Assembly (NCBI RefSeq): GCF_964355755.1
Contig: NC_092674.1
Coordinates: forward strand, 13,268,001 to 13,332,000
DNA: 64,000 nucleotides
Direction: 5' to 3'
DNA from: Antedon mediterranea
Lineage: Eukaryota; Animalia; Echinodermata
The translations under genes were made by a program, and so were the position numbers. The notes under the pieces were generated by a model. That model saw only the letters and a program-made list of their open reading frames with translations. It ran no database searches and was not told the origin of the DNA. Below, piece after piece: positions 37,817 to 51,551 of the stretch (positions within the stretch are counted from its first letter, which is position 1; each line of letters starts with the position of its first letter).

Positions 37817-39193
37817 CTTTTAACCTCGTGTAACGGTAATACTTTGGAACTAGTACTAGAGTTTGAGTGACTTCGATGTAATTGAAAACACTGACATAGA
37901 ATTTCAAATAATACCCCCTCCCCCCCCCCCACCCCGATATTTAAACATAAATTAATTTATGCAGGACATCAGAAGATTACCTTTTATTTACTTAATTGTA
38001 CATACTTAAATAACCTTTATTTTCAAATCCTAAATATCCGGAAGAAAATGCCTTATGTCTTTGGATTATGTCGCCAAAGATCAAGCAAGACATACTTATT
38101 ATATCACTTCATTATAGTCTTCTTTTTATTTTTATCTTTGTTATAAAATACCCCGTATTAATTATATGTCGGAAGACACCTTTAACATATATTGTTATAT
38201 ACCCCGAAACACAATACCTATTGTTTCATACTTCCTAGTAATTTGTTTTTCAGTAATTTGTACATCTGACTAATACTTACAATTTTGCCTATATTTTGCC
38301 TGTAAACGCTATTTAACTATTCATTCTTATCTTTTTGTTTTAGTCATTGTTATAATATCCGGATCAAATAACTTATGTCTTTGTATTATGTCGGCATACA
38401 TCAAGCAAAAACCTCAATTAACTAGTTTTAATTAACCAGGTGCATCTTTATTGAATCCATGACTAATTCAAATCTTACAAAAACTATTATTGTCTCACTT
38501 CCTTACCCTATGTTAACCATTGTATTATAATCCGAAACATAACACCTATTGACTTCAACCATTGTAAACAATTTGTTCACAAGCAACTAAATCACCATAT
38601 CATTTTTATTTAATATTTATTAATTTTATATTATAATGTATATTAATATATAACAAATCTATATAACAATTCTAGTGAAATGATATACTCTATTGTCTTA
38701 TACTATCCCCATTGTTAACCATTGTTATAACCACGACTGACTATACCATCATGTTCTCTACTATTATATATGAGATTTTTTTTTTTTTCAAGACAGTTTA
38801 TCAGGAACCGATCCATATTTTGTTCTTTCTTGAGTAAAGTTTCGGGATCATTAATTTGACAAATAATAGTTCTTTGGTGAGATCTTGCTTGGAAGTTTCC
38901 AGGTCTCGGGGTTTAAATGACCGCGACTTTTAAACTATCATTGGTTGATCTAACTGCCCAATGTCAAGATTAACCTTGACGAAGTAGCGGTGTTCCGAAC
39001 CATGTTAGGGGTACAACCGTGCAGTTCTCGACAATACAGTAATCCTCGATACAAAATATGAAATGATATATGACCCGCAATGTGAGTTGGTTCATTTAGG
39101 TATGCTATGTACGCCGGTATGCTCTTTAAATTTTAAAATTAAATCACATTGAATTATATAGTAACACTTATTATTAATGTTTGTAACACTTAC

Positions 39194-39292
39194 ATTGCTT
39201 CGAAGATTCAATTTAGCACCAGCCTTGAGCAAAACAGTGCAAACATCTGTGTGGCCGTTTTGTGCAGCCAGATATAAAGGTGACGCTCCATC
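39194..39292 (-). CDS. Ankyrin-repeat exon (DGASPLYLAAQNGHTDVCTVLLKAGAKLNLRSN)
   Basis: 99 nt, CAG acceptor, GTAAGT donor. Confidence 0.93.
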
Positions 39293-39696
39293 CTGAAACA
39301 TTACAAACATGATGTTATAGTAGTTTTCACTCTAAACAAATTATTAATATTGTACTGAAATCAATACGATGTTATCAATTAAAAATAACGTTATGGATTC
39401 AAATAATGCTACTTTGTTAAATTAAATAAAGATTATTAACCTCTGGTGTTTACTTTAAGATAATAGATTGTATACGTATACATTTGTTTTGCTTGTATAA
39501 TATTGTTCATATAAGTACTGTACAAATGTAAACCATATAAGTGTTTCTTTGCCTTTATCAAGTAGTGCTGACGAGTGTAAATTATGATAAGGTGGCGTTA
39601 GAACTGGCAGTTATGACAAAAAATATTATACTAGGATTCAAATTCTGTTCAACTAAATACTTACTATTGACTTTGTTTTACTTACTGGGCTGGAAT

Positions 39697-39734
<38 letters not shown>

Positions 39735-40977
39735 TGTTTTACTAAATCAAATTGATATATCGATTCATATCCATTTAATGTATCATTTTCATAAAATAAA
39801 TAATGTAGCTCTGTACAGCACAATACAATACAGAAACAGAAAAGTCACCATTGAAAAAAATCATTCTCTAACATTCAGTTTTCTAAATGCAGATGTTAAA
39901 ACTATTACGGAATCTATTTGCACAAGGGGTGATGGACCGCTTCCTTGAATTTCAAAAATAGTACATGCGATAGGTTGGGTCTTGTAAAATCGAATGTGTT
40001 TTTTTAGTAAAGTATCTAATGATTCAAATTGAGATCTGCTTGAGGTCTGCTCTGCTCGTTTGAGTTCAAACGTGTCATTTTGTGCCATGTTTTTCCCTTA
40101 CCATTTATTGGTCGTGCCATTTTTAAGATCACTAGTGATTTATTTACAATCTTCAGAGTGGGTACCGTATTAATTTCATATTGTAGGTGAGTTTACGTTA
40201 TAAAATGTCTTAATTGTTTTCAATTGTTTTCACCTGCTTTGATAGAGACAATACTGTTAATAATTGTTTATTAGTAAACACATAGTGTACACAAAACCCA
40301 CCTAGTGTATTTGTGCACATAATAGTGTGTAACATTTGTAATTTAGAGCGTTTAATTGACACGATAACGCATGTGAACTCCTGAAAACGTACAGAATCAT
40401 AATAATGTAGTACATATTGAATTTTGACGTAATGATTGTTGTTGTTTTTTTAGACCACACTAAGTGGTTGGTGTAACTTCACAATAATGATATAATGAAA
40501 CATCATATGTTAGTCACCTTAATAATGGTCATTTGCCATATACGATGATTTAAAAATTCAGAGTTTTAATATTATAGTATTACAGTTGAACATTCGTGAG
40601 TGGTCACCTCCCGTAGTTTCAAAAGCCCGTTTGTTCTTCATCCAATTAGTGGACCTCCTGTAAGCAGCCATCTCATGTGAGCGGCCGCGGAAATTTTTTT
40701 TTTCTCTTTTTTGAGGTTCACTCAACTTTATTTCATTTCAAAACATAAATAAACAATTTTCCTATGTTTGTATATTATTTTTTTTAATATATACTATTTT
40801 CATTCATAGACATAAAGTTTTCTCTTACATCTAAAAAAAACTCTGCAAGATATCAGTTATACATTTACATTACATTTAAACTGAAAACAATATCAATAAA
40901 TATGGAAAATCAAAAGCAACTCAATAACCGGTTGCTTGTAGAGTATAGCATTTTCTATGCTCTTTTTTTTTTACTCT

Positions 40978-41685
40978 TCTTTTTATTGTTTTTCCCTTTT
41001 TTTTCTTCTTTTTTCTGTTTTATTTGCACTATTTACATTTTTGTACAAATTACTTTATTTACAGTAGGCTTAACCTTCAAAATAAAAATTAATAAATACA
41101 TTCATGTATGGTATACTCTTGTGTAAGTATATGTTTAAACATTATCCATGAGTTTTTACAGACTGACTTATTTAATTCTGACAATATTTTTATTTTGTAT
41201 ATAGAATATAGAGCAATTGAGTATAACTTATTTTTTATGTTGCATTCAGACCCAAAAACAAGTTCTTCAAAAGTACAGTTACTATTATCTAACCTTTTTA
41301 ATATCTCATTGATTTTTTTCCATTATAAGACATTGCTTTTACATTTGAAAAACATGTGCTTTTCATCTTCAGTTACATCACATAACTCACATTTTTTTGT
41401 GTTCTTAATATTCCATTTATATAATTGTACATTTGTTGGTAAAACTCTAAGAAGCAATTTGTAATTTAGTTGTGCATATTTTTGGTTTTTCTAATTTTTT
41501 ACTTTTCTTGACCAAATATTAAACCAGTTCGTACTTTTAATATCAATTTCTTTTTCCCATTTGGGAATAGTAATAGGAGCAACAAACCTACCTTCTATAA
41601 AACTTGAATATATCTGTGTTGTTTTCATCTGAAATATTTTATTTATTTTATAATCATCTGAATTTAATTTAACACTATCTCCATT
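40978..41685 (-). pseudogene. 3' fragment of an L1/Tx1-clade LINE (zf-RVT region)
   Basis: KLLLRVLPTNVQLYKWNIKNTKKCELCDVTEDEKHMFFKC...WKKINEIL...LVFG; A-rich tail where the match to 24815 breaks. Confidence 0.8.
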
Positions 41686-41874
41686 ATAATTTTTTACGGA
41701 AAATTTGTTTACAACACATTAGATTGTTTGTATGGTAAATTACCTCCCTTAAGCGGCCACCCAAAAAATTGGTTGCAGTCGCGTGCGCAAATTGTTCATA
41801 TTTCTGTAAGGAACATTTCTGTGTGATTTTAGATGATATGAGAAAACTACACAGATTTTGATTGACTGAAGAAA

Positions 41875-42095
41875 TGATTTGCACATTTGTAGAATACCTT
41901 TTGCACATTTAACCTCAAAACTGATCGTTTTTACATTTAACGGCGAGATGTTTGCACATTTGCGGGTAATGAATGTTTACAGATTTGCACATTTGAAGGT
42001 AAAATGTTTGCACAAATGTTGTTGTTTGCACATTTGAAGGTAAAATGTTAGCACAAATGTGGTTGTTTGCACAAATGTGACTTTTTGCACAATTA
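41875..42095. repeat. Degenerate tandem repeat built on TTTGCACA(T/A)
   Basis: About 9 copies of the core motif. Confidence 0.7.
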
Positions 42096-44157
42096 ACGGC
42101 TCCACACGGGCACTACACGAGAGAAGCCCTTGATCAATGTTAGGACCAATCAAGGAACTTTAAACAGTCATGGCTTAGTCATCACTCAGATAAATGTAAG
42201 AATAAAATGACACTGCTGCCACTACAGACGTCGTATGCATAGTCTATTAAGACTGATGCAGGCCAAAACAATAATAAAAAATGCTGTATAAATTTAGTTA
42301 CACAAATAAAAATATTAAATCATGAGAAGAAACACTCGGGAATTTACCATCTTAGAATTATATTCATGGCGGCTAATGCCTCTATGTTAATATTTGAAGT
42401 AATCATCGGCTTTCGCAGACGTAAACACCTACATCGGATGTAGGCATAGGTGTTTACACATGTGTTGGAAAATCAAATATTCTTTAATAGATTGTATAGA
42501 TAGATAGATCGTTGTTTTCTTTGTTTTACTAAATAATGAAAATAAGGATTTAGTCGAGTCGTCTTTAGATTTGCAAGTAACAGAGAAGCATTTCTTTTGT
42601 CCGTTGTCAGATGGTTATTGAATCTTTGTTATTGATTTATCTAATACTTATGTAATTAACCGCTTTACGTCACCCTGCATAGTAGGTATTAACAATATGT
42701 ATTAGAACTATAGTAACTGCCATTTTCCGATATCTATTTTCGACTCAATGTGTTTAATTTCTTTTATGAATATGAACAGTTTGTCTTAAATGAAAGTTTA
42801 ATTGAATTTGAATTGCGTGTTTATTGTATTAACAATTGTCTGTAATTTTAGTATTAATTTGTTTAACATTTTCTGATTAGGGTTAGTTTTACAGGAACAA
42901 ATTGGTACTTTTTTTATATTTGTTTGGGAAATTAGTGTAATTAAAGCGTAATTGTAATTTAATTAATTAATTTTGAATTAAAATTCAGCAATCGTCATTT
43001 GGAATACTACGTCCTGTAAAATGACTAGAATTTACTCATGGTTGTATCGTGGCGTCTTTCCACGTAACATTTTATCGCATCTCATCCTATTACTATTGAA
43101 AGCGAATTGAAACATTTTCAAAAAGCTTTTTATGATGGTCACAACATGCCAAGATACATTTAAGGAACGCTCATCGTTAGATCTAAGTATAGTAATGAGA
43201 AATATACAAACAATGATGTTGTTGTGATGTCGTTGGTGGGTGTTAGGTGTGGCGGCGTTCATTCAAGGGAGGCATTTGTTGTAAACATTTTATAAAAAAA
43301 TAAATTCCCCTAAATATGAACAACACTGTATTTGATATTATCAAGAAATGATAACAGTAAACAATTGTACGAAAATGCTTGGTTAAAAAATAGACATAGC
43401 AGTAAATGAATTATTCAACAAGTATAATTATGTTTGTTTTATAATACAATGTTGTGTGTATAAATGTACGTGGCGGGGCGTTTATTAGAGGGTGGAGGTT
43501 GTATATTCCAAAGATGTTTTATTGGAGAGGTAGCGTTTATTCAAATAAATGCGGTAGGCTTAATTGGTATAGCCAATACATTATTTAATTCAAATCAAAC
43601 ACCAAATAATCATCAGTGGGCCGTTAATAAGAAACACGTTTTAAACGGCTTACAACATGGGCCAAAGCCTCCTGGGTCTCAATGTCGATGCAGTGCATGC
43701 ATATAGCGCGCAATCTGTTCAAACCTAACAGCAACTCAACAACTCGAGTACCATTCGGCTATATCGATTTCTGATATAATTTTATATATTGATTTTACAA
43801 TTTTCCCTGCAAAATACATAGATGATTTTTAATATAATGCATTTGTTTTTTTTTTGCAGTATAATTTCATTTTGTTTAGACTACAGGCGTGGCCCGTGAA
43901 AAAAAAATATATGTGTCGCCGTCAACGGCAAATATTGGAGGAGAGCAAAAACTAAATCAACCCGGAAATCACTTTTATACTGCGAACGGTTGAAAATCTG
44001 CCGATGAAATCAGAAATGTTGTTTTAAAACCTTTTATAATATCTGCCTAAGAGAGAAACATTATTTAAATCTACGTTTCATCTGAGATAGATAAGGTAGG
44101 TATGCAAGGCGGAAATCTTTTTCCATTGTGCCTAGAAGTAATTATACTTCAAATATA

Positions 44158-47100
44158 CACCCGATTCTGCTACTGTCCACAGGTGCTATCTTTAAAACTA
44201 TAGCAAGTTATACACGTTGTTGTCTGCTATAAATGCTGTACTTTTAACACACGGTACACTGTCTGTAGCACAGTGTGTGTTGACAATTTACAATGATGTA
44301 CAACCATAGGCAGGTTTTCGTACTGCCATGCAAGAATGGATAGGTGTTTTCCGCCGCTTTTAGGCCTTCTAGTCAGTTATTGTTATTATTATACGAATTA
44401 CGTAATTGGTCTAGTAGCTCATCTACCTTTTTAGCAGGGCATAATGAATATTGTAGCTAGGCTAGGGCTACTAGTCTAGCGGAAAATCAACCAATTATTT
44501 GGTTGGATACGAGTTTAGGGTAGGAAGTTAAGTACGAGTTGGCATGGGTACGAGACGACCAGGGGTGAATCGACCAGAGTACACCCGGCTGCCCTACTAG
44601 AGCATAGGCTACAGGCCTGCAGGAATGGGAAATCTGTCTTAGCTATAGGCATAGGCCTACATTGGGACGCCCAAAAAAGCCATCATATGAGCATAAAAAG
44701 GCCTCGTAGAGCCAGACATGTTAACATACACTACACAGTACTAGTACGTCTACCATTTATTATAGTTCCATGGTACTACGGATCACTACTATCTAGGTCT
44801 AGTAGTAGTAGTAGGCTAGCTAGGGTAGGGTTCCAGTAATTTTGGTCGCGTTTTTTCAGGAGGGCATGCGAGAGGTGAGGTAGGTTAGCCCAGCTAGGCT
44901 AAACTAACATGTAAGTAGTATTCTACCATGGGATGGGAACGAGTCGGCATGGGGGTACGGGTTGATCTTTATCCGTATTCTATGATGCTGGTCAACCCGT
45001 AAAGTACCCATGTCAACTCGTACCAAACTTGGCTAACTCGTACCCAAATAATTGGTCAACTCGTACCAATAGCTTTATAGCTTTATTGATAGCTGGGTTC
45101 AAATCTAGTTTGGGACGTTTTTTTCTCATTCTAAAACAGATTTCCTTATAATAATAAAATAATATCGACCTATGAATTTAACTGTAATATTGTATTGTAT
45201 GCATAATATTAGTAGTAAAAGTAATTCCCATTGAATTTATTATTATAATATATTTTACGGTAACCCCTTAATTATACTATAGTATAACTTCCTTGTTATA
45301 TTTTACAATATTTTCTTCATAATTCAACAATTTTTTTTCACAGCTAATTATCAAACTGAATCATCACACACCAAATCTCATGAAATCTCTAGTGTATTTC
45401 TCCAAGCTAATCCAGCTACATGGTATTGCCTTGAGGCTAAACTACACTGTATACTGGGCACTACCATCATTCCTGGCCCGTCAACCTGGACCACATTATG
45501 GTCCAACACAGTCGTGTAGTACTGATTCCAAATAGTGAATTACATCCTGTGGTCAAGGATTTATTTGCACTTATGCTTATTTCCTCCAACATACCGTAGA
45601 GTACGTAGGGCTTTTAATTTGCTTTTATACCTGTTAATTAAAAAATCGTTTATGCCTATTGTTGCATAAAGATCAAATTTAGACTGTAAATACTGGGATG
45701 ATCACCCTACATTTTCTTTTTCATTTAACAATTTTATATTTCACAGCCAGAAAAAAGCATACAGAGTTTTTTTATTCATAACTGTTGAATTGCATCCCAA
45801 TACATGGTACCTATTGGTATTATATCTATAATAATAAAGTACTCTCTTATAAATAGATCTTTCCAAACCACTCCAACTACATAATCTAATAATAGTACTA
45901 TTAGCATACTACTGTACACTTTGTAGACAAGAAATAAGTTGTATCCACCTAGATGACTTATGTTAGTATTGTACAGTCGATCGTCCTCTCACTAGTCTGG
46001 TCAACATAATCTACGCCTAGATTATTACAGTAATTAAAGTACATTATTACAGAGATTTTTTTTTTCAGAAATCAAAGTTATGTGTATAGAAAGCAGTACT
46101 CGTATTAAAAACTAAGCAGGTTGTACTCTTGAACGCCAGCTGGCAGGAATATTTTGAATATTTGTTGTTGTTGAAATGATGGAATCCTAACTTCAATTTC
46201 CACGAACTGGAGACGAAGACATATTACGACCCTTTTATTTAAATTTATTTGGATAGACATCCATGTAAATTCATTAAAGGCTATATGATTGTTTTATATT
46301 TTAATATGTGATAGTAGAAAATCATTGTGTATAATGAGGACTATGAATCTGATATTTACTTGCATTCTCATCTTTTTAAAATTTTATTTATAATGCTGGT
46401 AATGAATTTACTATTGAAAAAGTCATGTGTCCACTTATCTCAAATTGTGGCACACCTCTAACCTTGGTAGAACTGACTGTGTTCTATATGAGTACATTTA
46501 ATTTGCCATTATAGTAGTGTTTCCACCATACTTGAACCTGGTAATTGAATACATTTCATCGGGGTAAAATTATCACCTTTAACATAAAGTATCCTCCTGA
46601 AACATGTATTTGTACTGTACTTCATCTACTATTCATTTAATTACTTAATACTAATTTGGGTGATTTATGTCTAACTTCAGGAATGATCTGAGGCTAGAAG
46701 AACGAATTTCTGCACATATAGTTTATATAAAAAATAAACCAATGTTTTCCTAAAAAGTTAACCCCTAGGTTGATAACTAACAAAGAAATTATTAAAATTG
46801 TGTTCTCACAATATATGTGTACTGTATCTACATATGCATACTGCTGTACTTGTTTTTAACCGCATAATGGCATTTAAAAAAAAGAATGTTTTATAATTAT
46901 TATGTTATTTCCAAATATTAAAGGTCTGAAACAGAAACTAAATGTTACCAAACTATGTTTTTGAAAATCTCTATGATATAATATAATAATATGAACATAA
47001 TATTAAATTATATTGACTATTTTTGATAATCGTCATGTCCTTATAAATTCATTTATATTTCTTTTGTGTAATATAGTTCATATATTATGTATTAAATAAA

Positions 47101-50100
47101 TTGGTAAGGCCCTATACTGTTTATATTTAAGGAAAGTTTATTATACACTATTATTTTATGCCTACCAATATTAGTATTAATTGTTTATGTAACTATTTTG
47201 TCTAATTGCATTGATTTTTTGTATAGGCCAATGGAATTAATGTTTTCTCAAATCAAATTAGCCTATTATAATGCCATATTTAGACACATAGATCATTGAT
47301 TTCTGATATTCTGTACTTGTGTATGCATTACTAAAATAGTAGATATTTTATTTCATTTATAATGTATGTATAAACTTTTATTCAGTTTTTTTTTACATTT
47401 TTAAGTTTAAAAATTATTAGAATACCTATCTACGTTTCTGTTATTGTTACTATTATAATATTTTTTGAGGCAGATTGATTTCATTAAAAACATTTTAAAC
47501 AATTAATTTGATTTATACTGTACTATGTTAGTTCAGGAGATGAAGTGTGTGTTGGTAGAATCTGGTGTGTTGGAGGTTGGTGATGTGAGGTGTACTTTTG
47601 TCACTTTAAGACCTAAATTAGATGTTTTCTGAAGAAAAGTGGATAGGATTTCAAACAACTCCAAGAAGATTCACACAAAAATAATTACTTCCCAATAAAA
47701 TAGTATGTAACAGTGTATATTACACTACATTGAATAAACTCGAGCGGAAAAATAACACACATAAAAATCATTAATTTCCTTGTCGAAAAGCGCCCTCTCT
47801 AGTTTTCTATTAATTTATTAATAATTATTATTAATTAATAAGTAATATAAACTTATTTTTAACATTAATGCTGGAAGCTGATTCTACTCCTAACAAGGTG
47901 TCATACCTCCAAATTTCGTCAACGTATTCAAAGCACTTCAATAAATATCACATTGAACATTAAAAATTAGGGTTATGGATAGAATTTTGCTTAAAAACAT
48001 ATACAAAAAACATCGATAAAAAATACTTTTCGAATTTAAAAACATTTGAAACTTCTTTTATATGTTCAATATAGGTTGCTCTATTCACAGAAACAAAATT
48101 TCATTCATGAACGTTTTTTGTTGGTTGTTTTTTTCAAAATCGTTATTAGGTTTAAAAAATGCATTGGAATTGTATGGTCTTTCATAAGTGTACATTTTGT
48201 AAAAACTTAAATTTAAAAAAACAGTAATATGGCTCGATAGTTTTTTTTTGCAATATGGATGGAGCAACCTATATTGAACATTTATACCAAGTATCAAATG
48301 TTTTTGAATACGAAAACTATTTTTTATCGATGTTTTTTGTATATGTTTTAAGCAAAATTCTATCCAAAACCCTAATTTGTAATGTTCAATGTGATATTTA
48401 TTGAAGTGCTTTGAATACGTTGATGAAATTTGGAGGTATGAAACTTTGTTTGGAGTCGAATCAGCTTCAAGCATCAAATGTTAAAAATATGTTTATATTA
48501 CTCATTAATTAATAATAATTATTAATAAATTAATAGAAAACTAGAGAGGGCGCTTTTCGACAAGGAAATGAATGTTTTTTTATGTGTGTTATTTTTCTGC
48601 TCGAATTCATTCAATGTACTTTAATATACACTATTACATACTATTTTATTGGGAAGCCTATTCGCTTCAGAAATCAATGAATTATGTGTCTAAATATGGC
48701 ATTATTAGGCTAATTTGCTTTGAGAAAAACATTAATGCCATTGGCCTATACAAAAAATCAATGCAATTAGACAAAATAGTTACATAAACAATTAATACTA
48801 ATATTGGTAGGCATAAAATAATAGTGTATATAAACTTTCCTTAAATATAAACAGTATAGGGCCTTACCGATTTATTTAATACATAATATATGAACTATAT
48901 TACACAAAAGAAATATAAATGAATTTATATTATAAGGACATGATGATTATCAATATAATTTAATATTATGTTCATATTATTATATTATATCATAGATATT
49001 TTCAAAAACATAGTTTAGTAACATTTAGTTTCTGTTTCAGACCTTTAATATTTGGAAATAACCTACAGTATAATAATTATAAAACATTCTTGTTTTCAAT
49101 GTCATTATGCGGTTAAAAACAAGTACAGCAGGATGCATATGTAGATACAGTACACCTATATATTGTGAGAACATAATTTCTATAATTTCTTTGTTAGTTA
49201 TCAACCTAGGGGTTAAATTATTAGGAAAACATTAGTTTATTTTTTATATGTGTACAGAAATTCGTTCTTCTAGCCTCAGATCATTCCTGAAGTTAGACAT
49301 AAATCACATAAAATAGTATTAAGTAATGGATATTAGATGAAGTACAGTACAAATACATGTTTCAGGAGGATACTTTATGTTAAAGGTGATAATTATTTTA
49401 AATGTTACCCCAATGAAATGTATTCAATTACCAGGTTGAAGTAGTATGATGGAAACACTACTATATGTACTCATGTACGTACTCTGTATGTTAGAGGAAA
49501 TAAGCATAAGAGAAAATAAAGCCTTGACCACAGGATGGAATCAGTAGTACACGACTGTACTTATGTGTGGGCTAGGAATGATGGTAGTGCCAGTATACAG
49601 TTTAATTTAGCAATACCATGTAGCTGCATTAGCTTGCAGAAATACAGTAGAATGATTTCATGAGACTTGGTGTGTGATGATTCAGTATGATAATTTGTGC
49701 TGTGAAAAAAAAAATTGCTGAATTATGAAGAAAATATTGTAAAATATAACAAGGAAGTTATACTATAGTTACTATAATTAAGGGGTAACCGTAAAATATA
49801 TAATAATAATAATAAATGCTATGGGAATTACTAATATTATGTAAACAATACAATATTAAGTTAAATTCATAGGCCGATATTATTTTATTATTATAAGGAA
49901 ATCTGTTTTTGAATGAGAAAAAGCCGTCCCAACCCAGATTTGAACCCAGTATCAATAAAGCTATAAACAGAATAGACCGGAATTTAGCGTAGACCTACTC
50001 GAGGCCTAGTAAGATTAGCTAGAAGAATACAGGTCAACCCGTACCAATTCCAACTCGTAACCAAATTTTGGTTTATTCGTACCCAAAATGTTGGCTCACT

Positions 50101-51071
50101 CTCGCAATCATCAAGGGCTGGCTCGTACTCTTCATGGGCTGACCAGTATCCATGTTTAATGCTATTAAAAGTTTGGGTACAGGTTAGCCAAAGTTGGTAC
50201 GATTTGACCAATTATTTGAGTACGGGTTAGCCAAATTGGGTACGAGTTGGCATGGGGGTTGACCAGCACCCTAGAAAATGATAAGGGTCAACCCGTACCA
50301 CTGTGCCAACTCGTTCCCATGCTGGAATACTACTTACAGGTTAGTTTAGCCTAGCTGGGCTAACCTACCTCACCTCTCACATGCCCTCCTGATAAGTAGG
50401 CCGAAAACGCGACCGAAATTACTAGGCCTAGCCTAGATAGTAGTGATCCGCAGTATAGTACCATGGAACTATAGTATAATAAATGGTAGACGTACTAGTA
50501 CTGTGTAGTATAGGCTAACACGTCTGACCTGTTTATGCTCATGGGATTGCTTTTTTGGGCGTCCCAATGTAGGCCTATGCCTATAGCTAGGACAGATTTC
50601 CCATTCCTGCAGGCCTGTAGCCTATGCTCTAGTAGGGCGGCCGGGTGTACCCTGGTCGATTCACCACTGGACGACTCGTACCCATGCCAACTCGTACTTA
50701 ACTTCCTACCCTAAACTCGTATCCAACCAAATAATTGGTTGATTTCCCGCTAGACTAGTAGGCCTAGCCTAGCTACAATATTCATTATGCCCTGCTAAAA
50801 AGGAAGATGAGCTACTAAACTAATTACGTAATTCGTATAATAATAACAATAATTGACAAGAAGGCCTAAAAGCGGCGGAAAAGACCTATCCATTCTTGCA
50901 TGGCAGTACGAAAACCTGCCCATGGTTGTACATCGTTGTAAATTGTCAACAGGCACTGTGCTACAGACAGTGTACCGTGTATTAAAAGTACAGCATTTAT
51001 AGCAGACAACAACGTGTATAACTTGCTATAGTTTTACAGATAGTACCTGTGGACAGTAGCAGAATCGGGTG
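44158..51071. mobile_element. 6.9-kb foldback DNA element, possibly P/Galileo-like and non-autonomous
   Basis: Termini CACCCGATTCTGCTACTG...CAGTAGCAGAATCGGGTG; arms pair inward to ~48082/48260; flanks AAATATA / CAATATA (7 bp, 1 mismatch); joined flanks match the paralogous intron at ~6530-6960. Confidence 0.85.
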
Positions 51072-51551
51072 CAATATAGGCCTAGACACGCAAACATTGA
51101 ACTAATGGAGCACATTTAGCTCGTAGTATCATGCATGTACACATATAGCGCATCGCGTTGGTAAGTCACAAACATATTAGTGAAATGCACAACATTGCAG
51201 TAATAGTTATTAATTTATAAAGGTTATGCAATAATCAAATTAAACAAGATAAGGTCTATCCTTACACGTACAAAAAAAAACACCAACAGTTATCTAACAC
51301 GTCTTTACTTTAGAGCAAACACTGAAAGAACGAATGATTATATTATGCTTAATTGTTGAATAGGTATACATAATGTAAAACGCATAACACTAACTCCGTG
51401 TAGGTTCTTACCCTAGCTGTTCCATGTGTCTAATGTCTTAGAAAAGATAGTATTAGGGTTTTTAATGTCTGATGTCATCGGTAGACTGTTAACAGTCGGC
51501 GGTAAAGTTACTTCCGAGTTCGTTATCACTTTGCGATTTCCGGGTGGCAAC

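Larger units (their letters stand above)
30477..38762. mobile_element. Non-autonomous Maverick/Polinton-derived palindromic element
   Basis: Termini AGTAGAGAAC...GTTCTCTACT; 6-bp TSD ATTATA (30471-76, 38763-68); inverted arms 30477-33758 and 35480-38762; Maverick-type integrase N-terminus in each arm. Confidence 0.92.

Noticed and set aside
30477-38762. Large palindromes (this one and 44158-51071) as assembly artefacts
   Set aside because: Arms differ by substitutions and indels, have unique spacers and are bounded by TSDs; read-level confirmation is still advisable.
48085-48477. 130-aa ORF at the foldback centre as a transposase
   Set aside because: No transposase motifs; the mirror copy in the other arm contains stops.
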